This document shows, one piece after another, positions 11,245 through 21,287 of a stretch of 64,000 nucleotides of DNA (position 1 is the stretch's first letter; each line of letters opens with the position of its first letter). Where the stretch lies: assembly GCA_013416795.1 (NCBI GenBank), contig RQSC01000031.1:343984-407983 (forward strand), written 5' to 3'. The notes under the pieces were generated by a model, which ran no database searches, was not told the origin of the DNA, and saw only the letters and a list, made by a program, of their open reading frames with translations. Origin of the DNA: Prasinococcaceae sp. CCMP 1430 (taxonomy: Eukaryota > Plantae > Prasinodermophyta). The position numbers and the translations under genes are program-made.

Positions 11245-11872
11245 GGTCTGAGGGAGGGGAGAACGCGCACTGTGCGGCCCCTCGCCGCCCGCGGTGCCAG
11301 GTCCGGCAGCCCTCCCAGCGCTGGCGCGAACCCGCAGGGTGGGGCGAATCGAATCCGCCGCGCGGCCTCGCATACATGTATGCACTGTGAGCAGACAATA
11401 AATTCACACCTTGGATACAATTACCCACGGGCGACTCAATATTCTGGCCTGGCGCGCATACGCGCACACGCCGCGTGGCGAACTGCCGGCCACGAGTTTC
11501 GCCGCTAGTTAGGGTCGATCATTGGTAGGGTATATGATCGGCGCATGATATATCAGAATGAATGAGGAATACGGTGGGTGAGGTTCAGGTTACGACGCAG
11601 ATCGGCGGATAACGCGAACGCGTGGCCGGCGCATGCCGCGCTGCCAGTGTGCGGGCGCACGGCGGTGGTCCTGCGGAGGGCGTAGGGGGGAGGCAGAGAG
11701 CTGCTGCCGTGGGCCACACGCACCGACGCGGCGACACACCGCACCATAACCGTAACCTAAACAAATTAGAAATGACGTACTGTATCGCAGACGAATTGAC
11801 GCGACATTAAGGTAAGACCCTAGATGTATATCAAAACGAACGAGTCGGTTTTTTTCATGGGCAGAGGGATGA

Positions 11873-13633
11873 ATGAGTTGGCTGGCCAGGTACCTGTACC
11901 ATCCGGATGGTATTGGTACAGTTCCAGCTCGTGTGTGCTGTACAGGCCAGGTCGGGAAGCAATTGGTATCGCGGGAGGGTCGGCGGGCGGTAGCTGAGGC
12001 AACGAGAGCCGGGGGCGCCTCCGAGTGCCCGCACTTTCGTCGCGGATGCCCAGGGTGTGCGAGCGCCACCTCGGCAAGCGACGGCGAGTACGTGCCCCCT
12101 TCGTTCGCGGCTGCTCGCGAGTTCGTGGACGCACGCCTGCCGCGCGGGGTGCGCGGATTCGAGCTGGACCAGTCGACGCCGGCGGTGGGCTCGAGGCGGC
12201 GAGCGAGGCTTGCGGTGCGGCCTGGGCCAGGGGGAGAGGTCGCAATCGGAATTCTTTGAGCGTGGCACCCACGACGTGGTCGACATCGTCGGCGGTTGGA
12301 GCGCCGCGGACGAGGCCGGCTGCGCGGTGCACCACGACGCTGTGAATGTGGCCGCGCGGCTCGTGCGGCGAGCGTGCGAGGAGTGCGGGGTGCGGGCGTA
12401 CGCGGAGGGCGAGCGCAGCGGTGCGGAGGGAGCGCTGCGGTACATACAGCTGAGCGTCGTCGAGGGGAGGGATGTGTTTGAGGGCGGCGGCGAGCCGGCG
12501 GCGGCCACGCCGACGGAGCGCGTGCAACTCGCGCTTGTGTGGGACGGACCGCCCGCCGAGCACGCCAAGCTCGACGCTTTGGCGCGCTGGCTGTGGGAGC
12601 GCGGGGGTGACGACCTGTTTCACTCGGTATGGGCCAATTACAACGACAGCCGCGGCAACTCGATTGTCGCGCACGGGGAAGACAGGTGGAGGCAGCTGTA
12701 CCCGGCGGCCGTGGGCTCGGGCGCGTTCGAAGACTACGGGTGGGTCGCGTTCAGCGATCGCGATGACTGCGACGACGGGAGTCGAGCGCGCGTGGCTTTC
12801 CATCCGGGAAGCTTTATGCAATCGAATCACCGATCGTTCCAAGCCCTCCTACGCGAGGTGCGTGCGCCACGCGCCACGCGCGTCAGTGCGCGCTGCATGC
12901 TCTGGCGGGAGCCCCCGCCCACTCAAGCGAGGGGGCGCCGGGTGTTGGGGCGCACGCACTTTGGCACATGCTCGCGGCGTTTTTTGTGAGCGCACATAGC
13001 TGCTGACACAGGCAGGGATGGTGTCCATGCTGCGCAGCTCTCGACGCACGTCGAGCCAGGAATGCGACTGTTGGACCTGTACGCGGGCACGGGCTCCATT
13101 TCGTTGTATTTGGCACACGTCCGCGCGCCGCTCGCCGACGTGCTGGCGGTTGAGAGCGTCCGCGCGGCCGCCGCGCCCTTCGCCGCAGGGGTGCGCGCGC
13201 TGGCGCCCTTGGCTCAGGAGGGAATGCCCCGCATGGAGGTGCGCACCCTGGCCGAGGGCGTGGACGCACAGACTCTCACACAATGCGACGTGATCGTCGT
13301 GGATCCGCCTCGCCGAGGCCTGGACGAGGCCACGCTGCGTTGCCTGACGTCCACGCCGCCCCGGTCTTGAGTCATATACGTGAGCTGCGGCTTCAAGGTG
13401 CGTGCACACGGCAATCCCAGCCACCCTGTCGTCTCCTGCGCTCTCGAGACGCTGACACACCGATCTCTCGCGATTGCGGGCACTTGCGCACGCAGAGCTT
13501 CAAAAGGGACTGCGAGGCGCTTGTGGGCAGTGGGCGGTACACGCTGGCGTTCGCGCGCGGCTATCCCTTCTTCGCTGGCACGGATTCGTTCGAGACGCTG
13601 GCCGTGTTCGAGGTACTCGGCGCGAATACCTGA
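11873..13633 (+). pseudogene. TrmA/RlmD-family RNA m5U methyltransferase, disrupted by a +1 frameshift at ~12254-12259 and an in-frame TGA at 13368-13370; introns 12858-13037 and 13398-13495
   Basis: CPHFRRGCPGC Fe-S-like motif, RARLAVR, FHPGSFMQSN, LLDLYAGTG, VVDPPRRGL, *VIYVSCGF, FFAGTDSFETLAVF. Confidence 0.8.
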
Positions 13634-13990
13634 AGGCTGTGGCGTCTGTGCATGCCCGACGCGGCGTCGACAAATCACCTCGCTGCTACGCGTTTATATG
13701 TACTGTACACACCTCCCATCGACTCGATACTGCTCGCGCACGCGCGGCGTCTCCCCCGTGCGCTGGCGCGCCCTTGGACGTTTTGCGCGTGTGCGGGCGG
13801 GTGTGCAATCGGACGAGCTTGGAGCGGCCGCCGGAGCTCCAGGTCCGCGCCATTCGCACCCCTGCGACTCTTCGTGGCGAGCGCTTGCGTCTCCGCGCCC
13901 GCGAGCGTTTGGCAGTACAAGTAGCGGAGCGGCAAGGTGCGACGGTCCGCAGGGAGGGCAGCGCGCCGCCACGACACAGTGGATCACCCG

Positions 13991-15573
13991 TCACCAGTCC
14001 TCGTCTTGCGGACGCTCACGCATCCACGTCGTGGCGCTGATGTCGCCGAAGGTGCGTCTCTTCGTTGCGACTGCGTCCAGCGTGAAGATTGCGATAGCGA
14101 GCGCGAAGTAGACTCCCATCATCGCCAAGAATGCCACGCCCCACGCCAGCGAGCCCCCGCCGAGGAAGCCATCCGAAGAGAGGCGCACCGACTTTTGCCC
14201 CTGGAAGGCGTACGTGTTGAAGAGGTTCGTGACGTTCAGCAACAAGGTGTCCCCCTCCTGTATTGTCGCATCGTCGATGGTCCCCCACAGCTTCGTGAAT
14301 GTTGAGAGGCGCGCGGGTTTCATCCACACGATGAAGCGCTGGTCGCCTTCCAACGGCCCCGAGACGTCCTCGGACGCCGCAGAGTTCGTGTCGCTCTCGT
14401 TGACGGCGCTCTCGTTGAAGGGTAGGATCGTGCGTCCGGTGGCGACTGCCGGCACCGTGTTGAAGTTGTCACTCTGGGGTGTGGCGCCGTACATCGTCTC
14501 GATGTCGGTCGCCCACGCGATGGTGTCGTTGGCCACGTCAAACGTCTCCGCGTTAGTCGCGCTGCCGGTGGCACGCCCGAGCGTGTACGAGTCATTGAAG
14601 AGGCTGAGCGCGCGGAGACCGCAGGGCACCACCCTCTCCTCCGATCCGTCCGTCGGGGACTCGCTCGTCTCGCGCGGGTCGCACGGGCCCGTGTCCTCGC
14701 TTAGCGCGTCCTGCAGCGTGTCCTTGCGCAGCTGCTGCACGGCGACGCTCTTCGCATAACGCCTGTGGTTCTGCCAGAAGCGGGTGAGTCTGTACTGCAC
14801 GTTGATCGGGAAGCGTGACAGCGTCGCCGGCGCGGTGAACGCTATTTGGCACACGAATTCCGTGCCCGGCACGGCGGCGGCTGGGGTGGTCAAGGGGCCA
14901 GTCGAGTCCTCGACGAGCTGTATGGTCGCATTCGGAATGCTCTGGAGCTTCACTATGAGCGATCTCTCCGCATCGCCAAGCACTTGGATGGGCACAGCAA
15001 CAGATGGCCCCTCACCGCCATTCGTCGGGAGCGACAGATTGTACACGTTACCCACCGGCAGGCACGCGTCGTCGTAGCGGACGTCGAATGCCTGCGCCTG
15101 ATTGTTGTTAATGAGCGCGATGATGCCCGCGGGCAAGCACAGCATGCCAAGCACGGTGAAGAGCAGGACGACCTGCAGCGATGGGGGATGAGCAATTGTT
15201 TGGGCGTTTCAGAGGCGGTCACCAAAATGATGGGCGTCGTCGGCCCGTCTGTCAGCAGGCGCGCGCGGGGCACACAAATCCGAGGCGGGCACAGGGGCGG
15301 CCGCCAGTGCGCTCCACAACCCCCGCGGCGCGGCCGCGGCTCGCCACTCCTCACCTTGAGCGGTGTGAGTACCGGTCTCCACACGGGTATTTCTTGCCTG
15401 GTGAAGAGCAGGTCTCGGGGGCGCTTGGAGCGCGCCACGGGGCCGCCGGCCCCGCGCCGCGCGCAGCAGCAGCATAGCCAGCGGCGCAGGCGCCCGGCGC
15501 ACGACGTGTCCACAGGCGCATCGCCCGCCGCCTCCTCCCTGGAGGCCTCCGCGCACGACATGCATATGCCCAT
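13991..15573 (-). CDS. CDC50: CDC50/LEM3/ALIS P4-ATPase beta subunit; intron 15173-15354
   Basis: FTRQEIPVWRPVLTP, YRLTRFWQNHRRYAKS, PCGLRALSLFNDSY, RFIVWMKPARLSTFTKLWG; two TM segments. Confidence 0.92.
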
Positions 15574-16349
15574 GGCGGCAGGGGCGCGCCCGCGGCGGGC
15601 GGCCGGCGAGGCGCAAAAAAGGGGCGCCTCGGCACAATGCCAGGCAAGGATCGCTCCCTCCCGCCGACAACCGGCCAACGCGCGTCGGCTGACGCAAGCG
15701 CGCACGTCCCACCGTCCACCACCGACGATCGACCGGCCCACCCGCCCCTCCTCCCCTCCTCCGCTCCCCTCCCCTTCCCTTCCGGCCGGGGGCGCCGGCG
15801 CGCTGTTTGCGCGCACGCGCGCGCAGACTGTGGCCGGCCGGCGGCGCCGCCGCGGTGTGTGTGCCACGACCGAGCGCAAAATTGAGATGGTTTGCCGCGG
15901 TGGTGAGATCTGCCATCGATGATGGTACAGTATGTGGGTTATGTCCCCCGCAACGCCCCGCTTCGCGCTTCGCGCCCCCCCCCCCACCCGCCGCCGCAGT
16001 ATCGCTGCGGCCGGCGCGGCGTGGCGGTGGGCGCACGGCGGGGGCCCGCGACCAATCAGATCCTGGATGGGCGGGCGCCCTCGTTGCGGTGCAATGCGGC
16101 GCGTGCCGGGCGCGCTCGTGGCCCGGTGGGGGCGGATCCTCGCTCGGGTCGGGCGGGCGCGCGCGCGGGCGCGCGGTGCTGAATTGAAGGTCGGCGCTGT
16201 TTCCGCCGAGCGACCGGAGCCGCAAATGGTTTCGGTTGCGCGCGGCGATCGCAGCAGGAACGCGCGCCCCGCGAAGGCACACGCACCATCGCGAGCGGCC
16301 GCGACCCCGCCTTCCCCCCCCCCCTCAGGCCTCCGTCGTCGCGAACGCG

Positions 16350-17358
16350 ATGCTCTCGCTCACCGCCGTCCCGACGGCTGCGCGCGCCCCCGCGCGGCCC
16401 GCGCAGTCGAGGCGCGCGGCGCGCGGAATGAAGTTCATGTGCGTGGTGCGCGGCGCGCTCCACGCGCGCACGCCACGCGCGGCGCGCTGCGAGCGCCCCA
16501 TCTGACGCCGCCGCGGCTTGCGCGCAGGAAAAAGCTCGGCCTGCAGAAGCCCGACTGGCTCCCCGACTTCGGCAAGCCCAAGGTGCGTGCTCTGGGGCGC
16601 CGCGCCGGGCATGCCCAGCACGCGGCGAGCACCTCCGCTGACCCCGCCGCGGCGCCGACGCTCGCAGGAGTTTACCGGTCAGAGCAAGCAGGTGCGTCGA
16701 GCGCGCTGGTGGCGCGCGCACGACTGCCACGAGCGGCTGCATCGCGCCGCCGCCATCTCCGTGCACTGGCTGACGCACGCGCGCGCACGCTGCTGCGCGT
16801 CGCACACCAGGTGGCCGAGTTGAAGTTCAGCGACATCTCCGCCGACAAGATGTGGGCAACGATCTCGCCGTTTGCAGGTGCGTCACGCGCCACGAGACTC
16901 GTGACCAGCGCCACCAAAGCTATCGCGCGCATCCCTCGAATTCGTGCGCAGCGCTGACTGGACTGGCCGCGCCGCTCGCCTCGGCGCGAGCTGAAATAGC
17001 GCCCTACGTCGAGAAGGCTGGCGTCGTCGCGGCGTCGGAAGCAACCGGGGACACCGTCGGGAGCACGCGCACCATCAGCGTGATCGGCACCGACGCGAGC
17101 TTCGAGGAGGTGCTGGTGCTCGCCGACGCGGAGAAGAAGGCGTTCGCGTACTCGATCACCGACTGCGCCAAGACGCCCTTCCCGCTCACCACGTACGGTT
17201 CCAAGTGCTACGTCATGGAGGACGGCGAGGGCTGCTCAGTCACCTGGACGGGTTGGTACGACATCGTCGAAGGCACCAAGGACGAGGAGGTGCCTGACTT
17301 CGTCGGGCTCTACACCGGCTTCATCAACGCCGCTGCCGAGGACGCGAGGTCGGCGTAA
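16350..17358 (+). CDS. Plastid-targeted SRPBCC / polyketide-cyclase-2 (Bet v1-like) protein; exons 16350-16438, 16528-16582, 16668-16691, 16811-16877, 16991-17358
   Basis: Transit-peptide-like N-terminus; SADKMWATI, VGSTRTI, FEEVL, FAYSI, SVTWTG; all four intron phases are consistent. Confidence 0.75.
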
Positions 17359-17558
17359 TCATGTGTCGTCGCCGGTGGCCTCCCGACGCATGGCGATGAC
17401 CTGCTCGCGTCGCACGCACTAGGCGCCACATGACAGTACGGCCGTGGCGAGAGCAGCGCCCAGCACTCGTCGGATGTGATACGACGGGCCGTAGCCCTAC
17501 CACCGAGACACGCACAGAGACAGACGCAGCCTTAGACCCCTATGACGCTGCCGCTTCC

Positions 17559-20500
17559 TTACCGCGAACGCGAACGCGAGGGCGAGCGCGACCGTAATTC
17601 GCGCACCTCGGATGCTTCCGGAGTGGCCGCACCGCGCCACGGCAGCACCTGGCCGCGTCCGCCGCCCGCCCGCACGGCGCGCCCCACGTGCTCGGCGTTC
17701 GCTGCCTCGCTCTGGTCAAGCGCAGCGAGCGCCTCCGCGAGGCGCGCCGTCAGCGCTGCGTTCTGCAAGCGCGCGTCCTCCAACTGGCGTCGCGTCTTGG
17801 CGCCCGAGTCGAGCGCCGTGCGCAGCCGCCGCCTCTGCTCCTCGCTCGCCGCCCGGGTGGCCTCCCAGCGACGCTCGCGCCGGCGCAGCGCGGCGTTCTC
17901 GTCTCGCAGAGAGGCGGACTCAGCCAGCAGGCGACGAAGGCTGCGCGGAGCGAGCAGCGGCGAGGTGGAAGAGCTGCCACGACCGGATGCGCTCCCATCG
18001 CCGCCAGCCGACCCGTTGGCGGGCACCCGATGGAGGTGGCTGTCCAGAGCAGCGCCCGGACCCTCGCCTGAGGAGTCTCTGCCGCCACCTACCTGCACCA
18101 TTGCGAGCTTCAGTGAAGTCGCCGCCGCCTCGGCGCGCGCCTGCGCCGCGTCCTTCGACAGCCGGCACACCTCATCCTCGTACATGTCAAACAGCGAGGC
18201 ATGTGACGAGGCCGCTTCGAAGCGGCGCAAGCGCGCTCGCAGCTTGGATACGCTGAGCCGCTCGTCGGCCAGATGGGCTTCGGCGGCAGCGCGTACCTCC
18301 TCGAGCTCGAGCTCAGCTTCCTCAGCACGCGCCTCCGCCGCCTCGCGACGAGCGCGCTCGTCGCGGGCGACCGCGAGCACCGCCGCGTTGCTGCGGAGAA
18401 GAGCACTGGCCTCGACTTTTGGCACACCACTTGGCGCCTCAATATCCGTGGTAGAGCCAACCGCACCTGAAGCGGTTGGTGCGTATGCGCGCGCGCTCGT
18501 CGGAGGCGGCACTTTCGAATGGCCCGGCGAATGCGCAGGTTCCGTTGCAGGCACAGGTGCAGGCGCGGGGTCCGTCGCAGGTTCCGTCGCAGGAGTTTGG
18601 TCTCGGCAAGGCGGCAGCATCTTTGCGTGTGCTTGTCGCAGCGTTTGCGCCGTGATAGTCGGCGTGCTTGCTGTCGCTCGCGTCGGCGCAGGCGCATCTG
18701 TACGCGGCGCCTCTGGAGGTACGCCCTCCTCTTGCATGTCTCGCTGCTCTCCTTCTTGTGAATACTCGTGGGGCGACAGCAGCGCCTGCTGCTGTGCCTT
18801 TAACACTTTTTTCCCACCATCACTGTAGAGATCACGAAACTCGCCCTTCAGTCTGACCAACTCCATCTCGAGAGCCTCACGGGTGCTTGCACCGCCAGAC
18901 TCCTGCGCGACGCCTACTTTGCAATCGTCCTCCCTCCGAGCTCCGGGGGATCGAGCCCCACGCCGCGGCTGGAGCATGCGCAGAACGTCCTCGGGAAGCT
19001 CCCCTGGCGTGGCCTTCGACGATTCCACTGCGCTCGCTGTCTTCGCAAGAGGTCCACTCTTGCTGCCGAGGCTGGCCCACATGGCCTCCAGCTCGCCGTC
19101 AAGCGCATCGACCGAGCTGCTTGAGCCTCTCTGTCGCCGCCGCCGCCGCTGCCGCTGCTGCTGCTGCCGCCGCTGCTGCTGGCCCGATTGAATCGTTGGC
19201 GAATCTCGCTCCAGCTCAACATCAGCCTCGCCCTGCTCAACTTGCCCCGGCGAGGTCTCGCCTGCTGAGACAGGGACGGGCGGGTCTGGCGCCGGAGCAG
19301 CCTCCATGCGCGCGTGCTCGTGTCCGGGGGAAGCGCCAACGTCGTCGGGTCTCGCAGCTGCCACAACGGCAGCTCCGCCTTGATTGAGGGGTACCTCGCT
19401 GCGAGCTCCCCTCTCAGGGATGACACCAGCTCGCTCGGCCGCACGCACGTCGAGCACGCTGGTCACGTCCTCCATGAGCGTACGCTGCACATCGCCCGCA
19501 ACGCGCATGCATGCCGATCGCACCGCGCGCGCGCGCGCGGCGACGCGCAGCGTCGAGACCGTGCCGAGGTAGTCTTCTGGCGCGTCGCTCACGCAGGCCA
19601 GCAGGTAGGACTTGCAGTTTCCCGCAAGCAGCGGTGTAACCATCTCTGTGAGGACGGCGTCACGCGCGGCGTGCAGAGGACCCGAGTCTCTCGCGCCTTT
19701 GCGGCGCGAGCAGTGTCGTGCGCGGCTGCATCGCACCGACAGCTCAGAGACGACCCTGCCCAGCGCGAGGAGGTCCGAGGCAACGGTGCGCCGCGCGCGC
19801 TCCACTGCTGCTCGTGCTTCCGATGGCTCGCCCGCCCCATGCGCATCGTTTGCTCGCAGGCGCAGCGGCCGCGAGCCCACGGTGTCCACGACGTGCATGA
19901 CTGCCACCAGCCCAGTACCATCGCCCGCCGTCGCGCCACACACGGTCACGCGGACGAAGACGTGCCGGGGCACGTCTGATGCGCGGACACGCTCCTGCAC
20001 GAGAGCGACGAGCTCCTCTGCCTCGGTCAGTGAGCGCGCGCGCACGGCCCGGAACCGCCGCCGCCCCCCACACACGCCGGCCCCTCCACCCCCGCTCGCG
20101 CTGCTACCAGGGCTATCAACCGCGGGAGTGAGTAGCAGGTCGCAGACCTCGTTACCCAGCACGCTCCACGCCGAGAGCGCTACCTCCGCATCTCCGTTTA
20201 CGAGCATCGCTGGCGGTATCTGGTCTTGCTCGCCCGCGTCTGTCCCGCCGCCAGCCTCGCCGCGTTTGACGGCGGGGCGCCCCTCCACGCGAACGAAGAG
20301 CTCACGCAAGGCGCTGTGTAGTACCGAGTCGCGCCCATCGAGGAGTGCGCGCGTTTTGCCGGTTCCGCTCTCACCCTGTGCGAGAATTGCGACGCTGAAG
20401 CCATCCAGCAGCCAGCGCACGGCGGGTAACGCCACGGCGCGCTGCAGCGCCGCGGCGTTGGCACGCACATCCGCGCAGAGCGCAGTCGCATCGACCCCAA

Positions 20501-20813
20501 AGACGCGCCGCGCCTCTGCAACGGGCGTGCCTTCGCGGACGCGGGGATCGTACACGGCGACGGATGTCCCCTCCAGGTCGCCACCGTCGCCCTCGTGGAC
20601 GATGCCATCGTAGCTCCCTCCTCCTTTTGCGCAACGCAGGCAGACCGCCGCCACCTCGAGCCGCGCCACGGCCACTGGAGCGGCCTGGCCGCCGCCGCTG
20701 CCGCCACCGCCACCGCTGCCGCGCGTCGCGACACCCCCGCCTAGCGACTCAAGCTCCGCGCCGAGCTCGGCGAGCTCGGCGCTCACGAGTGTGTGGTGGT
20801 GCGGAGGCAGCAT
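17559..20813 (-). CDS. Divergent kinesin-like protein with C-terminal coiled coil
   Basis: LLDGFSVAILAQGESGTGKT P-loop, NEVCDLL, HVVDTVGS, LLALGRVVSEL, RDAVLTEMVTPLLAGNCKSYLLACVS. Confidence 0.8.
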   Translation of the reverse strand: MLPPHHHTLVSAELAELGAELESLGGGVATRGSGGGGGSGGGQAAPVAVARLEVAAVCLRCAKGGGSYDGIVHEGDGGDLEGTSVAVYDPRVREGTPVAEARRVFGVDATALCADVRANAAALQRAVALPAVRWLLDGFSVAILAQGESGTGKTRALLDGRDSVLHSALRELFVRVEGRPAVKRGEAGGGTDAGEQDQIPPAMLVNGDAEVALSAWSVLGNEVCDLLLTPAVDSPGSSASGGGGAGVCGGRRRFRAVRARSLTEAEELVALVQERVRASDVPRHVFVRVTVCGATAGDGTGLVAVMHVVDTVGSRPLRLRANDAHGAGEPSEARAAVERARRTVASDLLALGRVVSELSVRCSRARHCSRRKGARDSGPLHAARDAVLTEMVTPLLAGNCKSYLLACVSDAPEDYLGTVSTLRVAARARAVRSACMRVAGDVQRTLMEDVTSVLDVRAAERAGVIPERGARSEVPLNQGGAAVVAAARPDDVGASPGHEHARMEAAPAPDPPVPVSAGETSPGQVEQGEADVELERDSPTIQSGQQQRRQQQQRQRRRRRQRGSSSSVDALDGELEAMWASLGSKSGPLAKTASAVESSKATPGELPEDVLRMLQPRRGARSPGARREDDCKVGVAQESGGASTREALEMELVRLKGEFRDLYSDGGKKVLKAQQQALLSPHEYSQEGEQRDMQEEGVPPEAPRTDAPAPTRATASTPTITAQTLRQAHAKMLPPCRDQTPATEPATDPAPAPVPATEPAHSPGHSKVPPPTSARAYAPTASGAVGSTTDIEAPSGVPKVEASALLRSNAAVLAVARDERARREAAEARAEEAELELEEVRAAAEAHLADERLSVSKLRARLRRFEAASSHASLFDMYEDEVCRLSKDAAQARAEAAATSLKLAMVQVGGGRDSSGEGPGAALDSHLHRVPANGSAGGDGSASGRGSSSTSPLLAPRSLRRLLAESASLRDENAALRRRERRWEATRAASEEQRRRLRTALDSGAKTRRQLEDARLQNAALTARLAEALAALDQSEAANAEHVGRAVRAGGGRGQVLPWRGAATPEASEVRELRSRSPSRSRSR

Positions 20814-21287
20814 GAGCTCGCGTCCCCCACACGGTGCCCCCCACCCCACCCCACCCCCCCCGCGGCTTGCTCTCGCGCGCTCTATGGTCGTTGAAAATTT
20901 TCTCCCGCCGCCGCGCATGCCTCCGCCGCGCAAAAACTCGGCCGGGCGCCTTGGTGCGGCGTTTGGCGACTTGCGCGTTTGGCGCGCTTCGAGTTTTTGA
21001 GTGCCTGCCAGACCGCACAAACGCGCCGCGTCGCGCGTGGGGTGCCCTGTGCCGGGGAGGCAGGCGGGGGGGGCGGGCAGGCAGCCCCCGCCTTTGCCCC
21101 TCTGCCCCGCGCCCCCTCGTATGGGTGCGTGCCTGCCACCTTCTGCTCCGATACCGCCGCCACCGCAGCAACCGGCAACTGCCGCCGTCGCTGCCGCTGC
21201 GCGCGCTTGCACGTGCCGAACGCCCCAGAGCTGCACAACGAGGCAACGGGCGCAGTCGGTGACCCAGCAGCCTCCGCCCAGGCCGAA

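Noticed and set aside
13368-13370. In-frame TGA as selenocysteine
   Set aside because: It does not align with the catalytic Cys, which is present as TGC in YVSC; no SECIS recognised
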